Notes under the pieces: model-generated | The model's input: the letters and a program-made list of their open reading frames with translations, nothing else | Told to the model about the DNA's origin: nothing | Database searches by the model: none | In this document: piece after piece, positions 9,212 through 17,919 of the stretch | How positions within the stretch are numbered: position 1 is the first letter of the stretch | How the letters are laid out: each line of letters starts with the position of its first letter | Program-made: the position numbers and the translations under genes | From: a virus | Length of the DNA: 64,000 bases | Virus record (IMG/VR): IMGVR_UViG_3300005347_000205 | Coordinates: 8,510-72,509 of that record | Direction: 5' to 3' (one strand)

Positions 9212-9437
9212 GTGGCGAAACGCAAAAAGATTATCCGTATGATAGTGGAGGTGTCCGCACCGCAGTGGTTAACGGCCGCCCAGGCGCGCCGCGAAGTCCG
9301 TGCGCTGATCAATGATCAATGATCAGTGTTTCTATGGGCACTGCGGCGCCGCCTGGGCGACGGAGGAAATAGGCGACGATAATTTCCGCGCTCGATCGGT
9401 TCGGGCGGTTCCTGAAGCCGCGGCGCGCGCGCAATGA
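9212..9437 (+). pseudogene. Small early gene frameshifted by a 7-bp duplication
   Basis: GTG 9212 ORF stops at 9322 inside TGATCAA-TGATCAA-TGATCAG; removing one unit restores the frame to TGA 9437, which overlaps the next ATG. Confidence 0.55.
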
Positions 9438-9559
9438 GCATCGCCCCATGGCGCCGCGCCGCCATCCCCTACGTCGCATGGATATCGCGCGTCCTGACAT
9501 GGGCGGCCGTGTCGCTCTGTCTGGCTGCTTTCGTGATTATCCCGATCATAAGATCATAA
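9434..9559 (+). CDS. Small membrane peptide
   Basis: MSIAPWRRAAIPYVAWISRVLTWAAVSLCLAAFVIIPIIRS, one TM helix. Confidence 0.45.
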   Translation: MSIAPWRRAAIPYVAWISRVLTWAAVSLCLAAFVIIPIIRS

Positions 9560-9571
9560 GGAGCCTGTGAA

Positions 9572-10402
9572 ATGTCGAACCTGGACGATTATGCCGGCCA
9601 CGGCGCGGCACAGATTTACCGCTACCATAGGCAACGGTGCACCCCGGCGGCCGCGCTGCAGGCGACGCGCGTCAACCTGATCGCGGGCACGTCGCGCTAT
9701 CCCAAATGCTCGAATAAAGCGGGCGCCCCGTTCGGATCTAGCCGGCTGCGGTGGATCGAACGCCCCGAGGATGCGGGATTCCGGTTCGTCGGTTTCGCCG
9801 ATGAGATCGCGGGCCGAGCGATCGACCATACCGGATGGTATACGCATCCCGACGGCGATTTTGGCGGAACGCTGCGCGGCGCGATCTACCAATTGCCAGC
9901 CAGGCGCGGCCGCGCTCGCTATGTCGCGGGATATCAGGAAATTGGTTTCGGCAGTGAAGGCGCCGCGCTCGCATTGGGAGAGATATTTACAGGCGAACCG
10001 GGCGGCATGGGTGAAACCCCATATCGTGGCCGTTACGCCAGCACCTACGGCGACACATTTGGCGCCCACCGTGACGCCGCATTCCGCGCCGATCGGATAG
10101 CCGAGATCTACGCGGAAAGAGAGCGCGAATATCAAGAGGCATGCCAACAGGCGGCGCGATGGGAAGAAGCTGCCGAGGACATGAAGCGCGAGCGCGCGGC
10201 CGCCCGTCAGCTCGTCCACGATATGCGCCAGGCGATCAAAGCCGGTTTAGCCGCGGCGCCAAGTATCTGCAACGCGCTACGGTCCGAATTGCGGCGCCGG
10301 CTCGATCGGTGGGAAGAATTGCGCGAGGAGCGCCGCGATCTGGCCGATAATTTCCATTATGAGCGCCAGGATATCGCGGAATTCGCCGCAGGTAATTTGT
10401 AG
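9572..10402 (+). CDS. Early hypothetical protein (C-terminal coiled coil)
   Basis: 276 aa ORF with AAGGAG RBS. Confidence 0.8.
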   Translation: MSNLDDYAGHGAAQIYRYHRQRCTPAAALQATRVNLIAGTSRYPKCSNKAGAPFGSSRLRWIERPEDAGFRFVGFADEIAGRAIDHTGWYTHPDGDFGGTLRGAIYQLPARRGRARYVAGYQEIGFGSEGAALALGEIFTGEPGGMGETPYRGRYASTYGDTFGAHRDAAFRADRIAEIYAEREREYQEACQQAARWEEAAEDMKRERAAARQLVHDMRQAIKAGLAAAPSICNALRSELRRRLDRWEELREERRDLADNFHYERQDIAEFAAGNL

Positions 10403-10434
10403 TAACGGTTTCACGTTTTACGGGAGTTATCAAT

Positions 10435-11085
10435 ATGCCTCGCATATATGTCGCTTGCCTCGCGAGTTATAACAACGGCCGGTTGCATGGCGCCTGGATC
10501 GACTGCGACGGCAAAGACGCGGACGATATACAGCGCGAAGTAAATCAGATGCTGCGCACCTCACCCTATCCGAACGTAATGCGGCGCCAGTGCATCGATT
10601 GCGAATATATTCAGGATGACCGGGGCGCCGATGATACCTGCGATGAATGCCGCGGCGAACTGTCGCCCGCGTTCCCCTCCGCTGAAGAATACGCGATTCA
10701 CGACCATGAGGGCTTTAGCAATCTGATCGGCGAGTCCACGTCCTTCGAAGACGTTGCTCTGATCGCAGCGGCCCTAGATGGCGATAACGCAATGGCGTTC
10801 AAATGGTTAATTTCAGACATTGGCATGTCCGCAGCGGATGCGGCTGATAAAGCTGACGAAGTCTGTATTTGGGAAGATGATCGCGGTCAGTGGGACGAAA
10901 CAATGCTGGCGGAGTATGCGGAAAAATTCGCGAACGACTGTTATGATTTGCGCGAAATTCCCGAGACATTCCGTAATTATATCGATTGGGAAGCAATGGG
11001 CCGCGATATGCGAGCAGGCGGCGATATTACCCTGGCCGAAATTGACGGAAGGCGGTTCATTGTCACGAACCCGTCCGAATTCTGA
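10435..11085 (+). CDS. ardA: Antirestriction protein ArdA
   Basis: RIYVACLASYNNGRLHGAWID, EEYAIHDHEGF, YIDWEAMGRD; highly acidic. Confidence 0.92.
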   Translation: MPRIYVACLASYNNGRLHGAWIDCDGKDADDIQREVNQMLRTSPYPNVMRRQCIDCEYIQDDRGADDTCDECRGELSPAFPSAEEYAIHDHEGFSNLIGESTSFEDVALIAAALDGDNAMAFKWLISDIGMSAADAADKADEVCIWEDDRGQWDETMLAEYAEKFANDCYDLREIPETFRNYIDWEAMGRDMRAGGDITLAEIDGRRFIVTNPSEF

Positions 11086-11116
11086 TTATAGTTTCACTAT
11101 ATTGTAGGAATTAAAC

Positions 11117-11647
11117 ATGTATATTTGGAAAACCCCGGATAGTTACGCCGGTTATAATCCAGACGGCCATATTCTTGTCGTTTCAACGTGGCGCGACGCG
11201 GACGCACTGACGCGGACGAATTGGGACGCTGCAATTACGCGGTTGCTGAAAGCCGCGAACCTGGAAGCCGTTGGAAGCCTCGAAAGCGAGCGCGGCGGAT
11301 GGTGGAACGCACCTGATCCTGCAAGCGCGCCAATGATTTACCAATGGTCGGCCTCACATTGGGCAGGCGGATGGATTCAATATCTCATGGTCCGGCCGGA
11401 CGCGCCGCAAGCTGTGCTCGATGAATGCCAGGCAATTGCGGACGATTTGGCAGCCTATCCCGCGCTCGATGAAGACGCATGGTGCGAGCTCGAATATGAA
11501 GAAAATTCGAACCATTGGCGTGATTCAAGCGTCCGCGATCGAGCCGATATCATCAAGCATAGCGGTTCCGACGCTTCGATATTTGCCGCGCGCCGCGACT
11601 ACCTGCCGTCCGACAATGGCGCTGTGGAGCAATATTTGAACGGATAG
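11117..11647 (+). CDS. Early hypothetical protein
   Basis: 176 aa; HWAGGWIQYL, YPALDEDAW motifs seen in phage early proteins. Confidence 0.75.
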   Translation: MYIWKTPDSYAGYNPDGHILVVSTWRDADALTRTNWDAAITRLLKAANLEAVGSLESERGGWWNAPDPASAPMIYQWSASHWAGGWIQYLMVRPDAPQAVLDECQAIADDLAAYPALDEDAWCELEYEENSNHWRDSSVRDRADIIKHSGSDASIFAARRDYLPSDNGAVEQYLNG

Positions 11648-11698
11648 GCCGCCGATGATGCTTGCTTATTGTTTCAACCGTAACGTGGAGATTCAACC

Positions 11699-12067
11699 AT
11701 GAAACGCCTGCCGATTATTTTTCGCGCCGATAAATCCGAGGTCACTGCGATTTTCCCGACATTGCCGCACGATTATCACGGCCGATTCATGACCTGTTAC
11801 GCCCACGTCGGACAGCATGGTTCCTGCTCGCTCGATTGGTATCGTGGCACGCGGCCCGCCAAGCCGGCGGAATATGCGGACCTATTAGCCGAGCTGCGCA
11901 GGATCTATTCGCGGCCCGGCGATCCGGACGCGGTGGAATTAGTTATCTACAGCCGCATAATGCCGCAGCATCGGGCCGCCCTGCGCCAGGCTGTCGCCGG
12001 ATATCAGACCGCGGTGGCCGGCGAGTCCGCATGGGTGCAAGGGCGCATCGGCGAGTCCGTCGCATGA
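11699..12067 (+). CDS. Early hypothetical protein
   Basis: VTAIFP..TCYAHVGQHG..TRPAKPAEYADLLAEL; GGAG RBS. Confidence 0.75.
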   Translation: MKRLPIIFRADKSEVTAIFPTLPHDYHGRFMTCYAHVGQHGSCSLDWYRGTRPAKPAEYADLLAELRRIYSRPGDPDAVELVIYSRIMPQHRAALRQAVAGYQTAVAGESAWVQGRIGESVA

Positions 12068-12264
12068 TATTCCAGCCAATCGGGCGCCAGGCACCCTGGT
12101 CGCCCATAGCCGCGCTGCGGACCGCTATCCGGGCATATCAGCGGCGCGAAATAACGTTATCCGAGCTCAAGGAAATTACGCTCGAATGCCGCGATTTGTA
12201 TGATTGGCAAAGCGAAGCCATGAAGGCATATTGTCGCGACGATAACGCGACAGGTGGCGAGTAA
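12064..12264 (+). CDS. Hypothetical protein
   Basis: ATGA overlap with upstream gene. Confidence 0.55.
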   Translation: MIFQPIGRQAPWSPIAALRTAIRAYQRREITLSELKEITLECRDLYDWQSEAMKAYCRDDNATGGE

Positions 12265-12440
12265 TGCCGGCGCCCGGATTTATCATTGTTGCGTTGCTTA
12301 TCATCTGCGTCGCGAGCTCCACGCGCCAGGCACGCAGTGAAGCCCGGCAACGGCTGAAGCGCTGGAACCCGATTTTCTGGAGCGCCGCGCTCATCTTATG
12401 GGCGATTATCCTGATACCGGAGTTATTCCGCCACCGCTGA
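12264..12440 (+). CDS. Small two-TM membrane protein
   Basis: MPAPGFIIVALLIICVASS...PIFWSAALILWAIILIPELFRHR; TAATG overlap. Confidence 0.55.
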   Translation: MPAPGFIIVALLIICVASSTRQARSEARQRLKRWNPIFWSAALILWAIILIPELFRHR

Positions 12441-12464
12441 CGCTCCGCCACAGCAACGTCATCT

Positions 12465-12497
12465 AAACCCGCCGGGCAACCCCCTGGCGGGTTTTTT
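12465..12497 (+). terminator. Rho-independent terminator
   Basis: AAACCCGCCGGG-caacc-CCTGGCGGGTTTTTT. Confidence 0.85.
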
Positions 12498-12758
12498 GTG
12501 CGCCCCAGGTTGACCGACCCGTTCGCCGCGGCGGGCCGCTTTCCGCGATTGATCACGGTCAGTGGGGCGCCCGGTTCCCACATCTCTTCTGGCACGCCAG
12601 CTAGGGCGTGAACCGTACTGTGCCGCTGTGATTGCGGCGCGTGGGGAGGCTCTTCCCACCTCGACCGTGAAAACCGAAGACCGAGGCAGTGTGCGTCCAT
12701 GGAGAGGCCGCCCCGGTTCGATTGGTCCCGATATATCCGAAACCACGCGTCCCTGCAA

Positions 12759-12860
12759 CCGGACTCCGGGACTCGAACCTCCTCGATTTATTCCGGACTC
12801 CGGGACTCGAACCTCCTCGATCTATTCCAGACTCCGGGACTCGAACCTCCTCGATTTAGT
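12759..12860. repeat. Three tandem 34-bp repeats
   Basis: CCGGACTCCGGGACTCGAACCTCCTCGATTTATT at 12759, 12793 and 12827 (1-2 mismatches), no spacers. Confidence 0.92.
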
Positions 12861-12861
12861 T

Positions 12862-12876
12862 TCAACTTTTTGTTGA
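12862..12876. promoter_or_regulatory. Palindromic operator
   Basis: TCAAC-TTTTT-GTTGA, overlapping a TTGACT -35-like box. Confidence 0.65.
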
Positions 12877-12955
12877 CTTTCATGCTACGACTCGATAGCA
12901 GCAGGTATGATGAACCGTTCGGAGCGCGGCTGCGGGCTACAAGAGGTGGTGAGAG

Positions 12956-13228
12956 ATGAGTGACGACACCCCCATGACCGAAGCCGAGCGCGGTTATTCG
13001 AAGGGCTACGCTGCCGGGCAGAGACGGATCGCAGCCAACATGACGAGGGAAGAACGACAGGCCGCCCGCGACGAATTCCGACGCGCCGTCTTTCTCGCGG
13101 TCATCCCGCACATTGGCGACGAATGGAAGCAGGGCGAAAAGCATATCAGTCTCGATGTCGCTGGCAAGGTCGAAATCGCATGGGACTTCGCTGACGAAGC
13201 CATGAAGAAAGCGAGGCTCCCATCATGA
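12956..13228 (+). CDS. Hypothetical protein
   Basis: 90 aa; GAGG RBS; AWDFADEAMK motif. Confidence 0.7.
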   Translation: MSDDTPMTEAERGYSKGYAAGQRRIAANMTREERQAARDEFRRAVFLAVIPHIGDEWKQGEKHISLDVAGKVEIAWDFADEAMKKARLPS

Positions 13229-14052
13229 CCGACCATGGCGACGAGTGCCCCTGTGATGAGCATGGGGAGACGGCTTACGGCATCGAGAAATGCACGTGCG
13301 GCGACAAAGCCTGTAACACCTATTGGCTGACCGGCATCGGTAGTTTTTGTCAGGGATCGGGCTTCAAGAAAGATGAGGCGGAACAAATTGTCGCCGCCCT
13401 CCGCCAAGGTGAAGTCGACCGGGCGCGGGTTGTGGAGTTGGAGGCTCTGTGCCTGGCCCTCGAATGTGAGGTGAGCAATAGTGCTGCTGACAAGGCCGCA
13501 GCCGAGGCCCAACTAGCCGAGGTGACGAAGGAGCTTGAGGAGGCGCGGGCCAAGATGCGGATGATCGTCTCGCACGCATCCGGTGGATGGACACAGGACA
13601 TCGAACAATCGACCAACGACATCTGTGTGCAAATCAGCGCCAACCGCAACACGGTCTACGAAGCTGGTATCGAAAAGGGACGCAAGGAAGCCGAATCCCG
13701 CCTCAGCGAGGCGGTTAAGGCGTTGGAGGATATCGCCAGCGGTCGAGCGTTCCGTCAGCAGCGGTTCGCCGAGGACGATGACGCAGACTATTTTTTGCGA
13801 GCGCAGCGCTCCGTGCAGAAACTCGCAGCCGAGGTCGTGAAGTCGACCACGCTCTCTCAGCCCGAGGGTGGGGAGGAAGCATCTTATACCGGGTCCGACT
13901 GGCGGCTGCACGCGCAGCAGCATCAGGCAGGGTCGGAGACTGGAAGTGAGCAGCAGAGCGGCCATGGTAACGCTTCTGCCAGCATGGACAGTTTGGAGGG
14001 TTCGAATCCCTCTCCCGGTGCCCATCCCGGCGATGCAGGGAGCGAGGGGTGA
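13225..14052 (+). CDS. Hypothetical coiled-coil protein
   Basis: Cys-rich N-terminus, coiled coil; ATGA/GTGA overlaps. Confidence 0.65.
   Translation: MTDHGDECPCDEHGETAYGIEKCTCGDKACNTYWLTGIGSFCQGSGFKKDEAEQIVAALRQGEVDRARVVELEALCLALECEVSNSAADKAAAEAQLAEVTKELEEARAKMRMIVSHASGGWTQDIEQSTNDICVQISANRNTVYEAGIEKGRKEAESRLSEAVKALEDIASGRAFRQQRFAEDDDADYFLRAQRSVQKLAAEVVKSTTLSQPEGGEEASYTGSDWRLHAQQHQAGSETGSEQQSGHGNASASMDSLEGSNPSPGAHPGDAGSEG
13887..14024 (+). ncRNA. Candidate tRNA-like structured RNA
   Basis: T-arm GAGGG-TTCGAAT-CCCTC, acceptor-like ACCGGG/CCCGGT, 3' CCA, two extended arms. Confidence 0.35.
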
Positions 14053-14240
14053 TGATCTGTTATCGTGACATGACGTTCTGTGCCGCTCAATGCGCCACGA
14101 AAGAATGCCCCCGCCAGTTGAACGAACGGCAACGCGAAGGTGCGCGCAAATGGTGGTCACACGATCCCAATAATGCACCGATCGCGGTTGCGGATTTCCA
14201 CCATAACTGCCCCGATTACGCACCGGAGAGCCGGATATGA
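14049..14240 (+). CDS. Small Cys-rich hypothetical protein
   Basis: MICYRDMTFC..C...C. Confidence 0.65.
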   Translation: MMICYRDMTFCAAQCATKECPRQLNERQREGARKWWSHDPNNAPIAVADFHHNCPDYAPESRI

Positions 14241-14926
14241 CCAACACCCCTGATCTCACTGTGACGCAGGAGGCGAGAGAGCAGATCATGCGTATCATCG
14301 GAAGTGTCTGTTATTCCGAGCGCTCGATCCCGCAGGCTACTGATGACGTTATAGCCACCATCCCCTCCCGCCCAGAAGCGCAAGCCAGGGAATTGGTCGA
14401 GCGGTTGCGGACACAGGCTGACAGCGCAGATGAAGCCTTCATGTCGCGAATGGGCATCACCTCAGTCGAGGCAGCAACAATGCGTCAGGCCGCCGACCTG
14501 ATCGAAAGCTTGAACCGCAGCAAGGCGCAGGTTTTGGAGCGCCACAGCCTCGCACCGCGCGACGGCGGGGAGGATCAGGACACGCGCGACAGCATAATCG
14601 CCGGCATGTGCATGACCTGGGATCACAGCTTCGGCCTGATGTCCGGCGACAAACAGAATGCGCTTTGGTCGAGCATGAGCCAGCTATACGAGCATGATGT
14701 AAAGCCTGCGATCGACAGGGCCCTAGCCACCCTCGACCGGGGGAAGGCGCAGGTTCGGGATGGGGCGCTGGAGGAATGTGCCTTGGCCTGGGAGGCGTTC
14801 AAAGGGCCATATCTCAAGCGCTTCGGCGGTTGGGGTGATGGCGCCGCGATCGACGCCATGCAGACGCTCAACCGCGTTTTGATGCCGATCTCGACCGAAA
14901 TCTGCGCACGCCGCGAGGGGAAATAG
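14237..14926 (+). CDS. Hypothetical protein
   Basis: 229 aa, overlapping start/stop. Confidence 0.6.
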   Translation: MTNTPDLTVTQEAREQIMRIIGSVCYSERSIPQATDDVIATIPSRPEAQARELVERLRTQADSADEAFMSRMGITSVEAATMRQAADLIESLNRSKAQVLERHSLAPRDGGEDQDTRDSIIAGMCMTWDHSFGLMSGDKQNALWSSMSQLYEHDVKPAIDRALATLDRGKAQVRDGALEECALAWEAFKGPYLKRFGGWGDGAAIDAMQTLNRVLMPISTEICARREGK

Positions 14927-14927
14927 G

Positions 14928-15134
14928 ATGAAGGTCACAAGGCTCAAGCGCGGCTACCGCATCAACCTGTCCGACGCTGAGTTCGAAGCGCTTGAACATC
15001 TCGTCATGCTTGGCAAAAGCGACATGGAAGGCGCGGATGAACAGCTTGATTTTCTCAGCCATCGAGCCCGCCATGCCATGGAAAAGTATTTCCTGTCAGG
15101 CGACTGTCTGGCAATTGATGAGGATCGGCGATGA
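14928..15134 (+). CDS. Hypothetical protein
   Basis: MKVTRLKRGYRINLSDAEF. Confidence 0.65.
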   Translation: MKVTRLKRGYRINLSDAEFEALEHLVMLGKSDMEGADEQLDFLSHRARHAMEKYFLSGDCLAIDEDRR

Positions 15135-15216
15135 CCCCGCCCGATCTAGCCGCCTTGGTGCGGGGGCTCAAAGCCGACGAGATCAACTTTCTCAACCGCG
15201 TTGCCCAGGAACCGTC

Positions 15217-15642
15217 ATGAGACTCGCAGTCACAGGCTCCCGCCAACACGGTCACGAGCGCCGGGTATTTGAAGCGCTCGATATCATTCACGCTGCAGAA
15301 CCTGTCGACGTACTGATCAGCGGACACTGCCCAAGCACTCGCTATAAGCCACGATCGTTCGACATGATATGCGAAGATTGGGCGCACGCCCGCGGCATCC
15401 CAGTCGATGAGTATCCAGCCGACTGGGACAATATCGATGCGATGCCGTGCCGAATCGAGATCAACGCGCGCGGAAGGCCGTACAACAAGCTCGCCGGCAT
15501 GAACCGAAACCACAGGATGCTGATGCTCGGAGTCCCACACCTACTGGCAGTCGGTCCGATCAGGGGCCCAGGCACCGAGCATTGCCGATCCCTCGCACTG
15601 AGCCGAACCTTCGAGATCCCGATCATCGACATCGACCTGTGA
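15217..15642 (+). CDS. SLOG-family (YspA/DUF2493) protein
   Basis: MRLAVTGSR, EDWAHARGIPVDEYPADW, AGMNRNHRML, GPGTEHC. Confidence 0.8.
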   Translation: MRLAVTGSRQHGHERRVFEALDIIHAAEPVDVLISGHCPSTRYKPRSFDMICEDWAHARGIPVDEYPADWDNIDAMPCRIEINARGRPYNKLAGMNRNHRMLMLGVPHLLAVGPIRGPGTEHCRSLALSRTFEIPIIDIDL

Positions 15643-15650
15643 TTGAATTT

Positions 15651-15665
15651 TCACCAATTTGGTGA
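15651..15665. promoter_or_regulatory. Palindromic operator
   Basis: TCACC-AATTT-GGTGA. Confidence 0.7.
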
Positions 15666-15677
15666 TATACACGCCAC

Positions 15678-17198
15678 ATGTCGATACAGACGCTCAACAA
15701 CTCAGAATCCAAGCTATCGTTCAGAACCAAGCTGAACGCCATGTTCACCGAGGTGTATGGCGGCTCCTTCCTGAGCGCAGGTAGCCTCGGCGCGCTATCG
15801 TTCGCTTTTAGCGTAGATGTCGATACCGGACTCTATCGCCCTGCCTCAAACTCGATCGGCCTGGTCGCAGGCGGAACAGAAATTGCCCGCTTGACTCTAG
15901 CCGGCTTTGGGATTGGGGCGGCACCATCCTACCCGCTTGACGTTGTCGGCGAAGTGCTCGGACCCGTGGTCGCGAGGGTGAACAACCTCAGTGCCGATGC
16001 GAGCGCGATCAGCAAATTCCGCGGCCAAACCGGATCACCGAACAGTTTCTTCGATCTACTCATCCAGGACGGTGGCGGCTCGGCAACCGTCTATCTTCTG
16101 ACAGGTTCGGCCGTAGGAGCAATCCGCAGCCAGGCTGCCGCCCATGTCTGGCAGGATCAGATAGGTACCACAGAATTCGGGCGCCTGACGGCAAACGGTC
16201 TATCCATTGGAGTGACGCCACCCCCGTGGAACAGCGCGGTCAACGCCCTTACGCTCACCAGCTATCTGGCCTTCACTGGGACGACCGGTAACATTACCTC
16301 GAACGCCTATCTCGCGACTGGTAATGTGTTCAAGTATATAGGCTCCGGCGCCGCAACCATGCTGCAGGTTGGCAGCGGCAAGATTGATATGTACGTCGCG
16401 CCCTCGGTCGGCAGCGGACCCAACCAGAGCTTGACATGGACCAGAGTATTCGTAGTCGATGACAAGGGTAATGCGGGATTCGGCGCCAACACTAGCGCGA
16501 CCCGCACACTCTCTGTCTCGAAGAACATCACGGGCGGATCAACGATCCATGGAATTGCCTCAGAAGGCGAGATCCAGACGGATGTCACGAACAGCGCTTA
16601 TCTGTTTTCAACTACCGCAAAAACGGCACCTTCAACGGCTATAGCCGGTAGTTTGGCCCATTATATGGCCACGCAGGGTACGTTTGGATCTGGTTCGACG
16701 GTTCTCGCGCAATATGGTTTTTACGCTGCATCTTCGCTAACCGGCGCGAGCTACAATTACGGATTTCGCAGCGACATCGCAGCAGGTAGCCAGAAATATA
16801 ATTTCTACGCCAACGGCACTGCAATGAACGTCTTCAGGGGCAACACGCGGATCGGCGGTGGTGCCGACCCCGCGAATACCCTCGATATCACCGGGTCGCT
16901 CGGACGCGGCACCCCTGTTGCAAAGACTGCTGACTTCACCGTCGCGGCAACCGACAGCTGGCTAATCAACAACAAGTCGGGTTCGAGCTGCACCGTCACT
17001 CTGCCGACCGCTTCGAGCTTCACCGGCCGCGAGATCATGATCCAGAACTATCAGGCCCAGACGGTCGTCAGCGCCTCGGCCAACGTGGTCCCCATCGCCG
17101 GGGGCGCAGCCGGCACAGCCATCCTGGCGGCTGCGGCGGGTAAGTGGGCCGTCCTGGTCAGCGACGGTACCAACTGGCTCATCACACAGGCTGGTTGA
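15678..17198 (+). CDS. Tail-fibre/adhesin-like beta-rich protein
   Basis: G/S/T/A-rich; RTKLNAMFTEVY N-terminal anchor-like motif, DTGLYRP, GNTRIG..P..TLDITG, TVTLPTAS..GREI, LVSDGTNW fibre motifs. Confidence 0.7.
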   Translation: MSIQTLNNSESKLSFRTKLNAMFTEVYGGSFLSAGSLGALSFAFSVDVDTGLYRPASNSIGLVAGGTEIARLTLAGFGIGAAPSYPLDVVGEVLGPVVARVNNLSADASAISKFRGQTGSPNSFFDLLIQDGGGSATVYLLTGSAVGAIRSQAAAHVWQDQIGTTEFGRLTANGLSIGVTPPPWNSAVNALTLTSYLAFTGTTGNITSNAYLATGNVFKYIGSGAATMLQVGSGKIDMYVAPSVGSGPNQSLTWTRVFVVDDKGNAGFGANTSATRTLSVSKNITGGSTIHGIASEGEIQTDVTNSAYLFSTTAKTAPSTAIAGSLAHYMATQGTFGSGSTVLAQYGFYAASSLTGASYNYGFRSDIAAGSQKYNFYANGTAMNVFRGNTRIGGGADPANTLDITGSLGRGTPVAKTADFTVAATDSWLINNKSGSSCTVTLPTASSFTGREIMIQNYQAQTVVSASANVVPIAGGAAGTAILAAAAGKWAVLVSDGTNWLITQAG

Positions 17199-17204
17199 TT
17201 ATTT

Positions 17205-17268
17205 TCACCATTATGTTGATTCCATATTGACCGGCAACGGGCGATTCGCTAATTCAACCATAAGTTGA
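17205..17268. promoter_or_regulatory. Two palindromic operators
   Basis: TCACC-ATTAT-GTTGA (17205) and TCAAC-CATAA-GTTGA (17254). Confidence 0.7.
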
Positions 17269-17286
17269 AATTAAGGGGACGCCACA

Positions 17287-17919
17287 ATGGATGATGGTCA
17301 GAAATTCGTTACCGATCATGCCGGGTTTGGGCCGCTGACTGTGCCAATTCCCCTGACGCTGATGGCATGCGAGATCCACCAGGATAACATCGAAGCCGGG
17401 TGGTGGAAGCAGGAATGGGTCAATGGTTATGGCGATGAGCCGGGCCGCTACCACACCCTGCCGCGGAATATCGGCGAACTGCTCTGCCTGGTCCATAGCG
17501 AGATCAGCGAAGCCTATGATGGTTGGATCGCCGGTAAGCAGGACGACAAGCTGCCGCACCGTCCTGCCCTGGAAGTCGAACTCGCCGACACCGTCATCCG
17601 GGTGCTCGATATCCTTGGATTTTATGACGTTAATGTCGACGCGCTGATCGCGATCCACCGGCAGGAACCACCTCGCGGCGGGGCATTCTGGTTCACGTTG
17701 ATGCACAGCACCGTATCGAATGCGATGGAAGGGTTTCGGAAAGGGAAGCAGGAGGTCGGCTGTCTCAAGCTGGTATTGCTGCTGGCGACCATCATCGACT
17801 GCTCGATAGCGTTCGACCTCGACCTGTGGACCGCGGTAGCCGAGAAGCGGGCCTACAACGCCACGCGTGCCGACCACAAGCCGGAGAACCGCGCCAAAGC
17901 TGGCGGCAAGCAGTTTTAA
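17287..17919 (+). CDS. MazG-like NTP pyrophosphohydrolase
   Basis: LCLVHSEISEAYDG, EVELADTVIRVLD, AVAEKRAYNATRADHK. Confidence 0.85.
   Translation: MDDGQKFVTDHAGFGPLTVPIPLTLMACEIHQDNIEAGWWKQEWVNGYGDEPGRYHTLPRNIGELLCLVHSEISEAYDGWIAGKQDDKLPHRPALEVELADTVIRVLDILGFYDVNVDALIAIHRQEPPRGGAFWFTLMHSTVSNAMEGFRKGKQEVGCLKLVLLLATIIDCSIAFDLDLWTAVAEKRAYNATRADHKPENRAKAGGKQF

Noticed and set aside
12759-12860. CRISPR array
   Set aside because: Repeats are head-to-tail with no unique spacers and there is no cas operon; DUF2800 is only a Cas4-like phage nuclease.
13887-14024. Canonical tRNA gene or attP core
   Set aside because: Too long, with no D-loop or 7-nt anticodon loop, and far from the integrase; kept only as a tRNA-like candidate.
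15678-17268. Diversity-generating retroelement or invertible fibre cassette
   Set aside because: No reverse transcriptase, template/variable repeat pair or serine invertase seen in the window.
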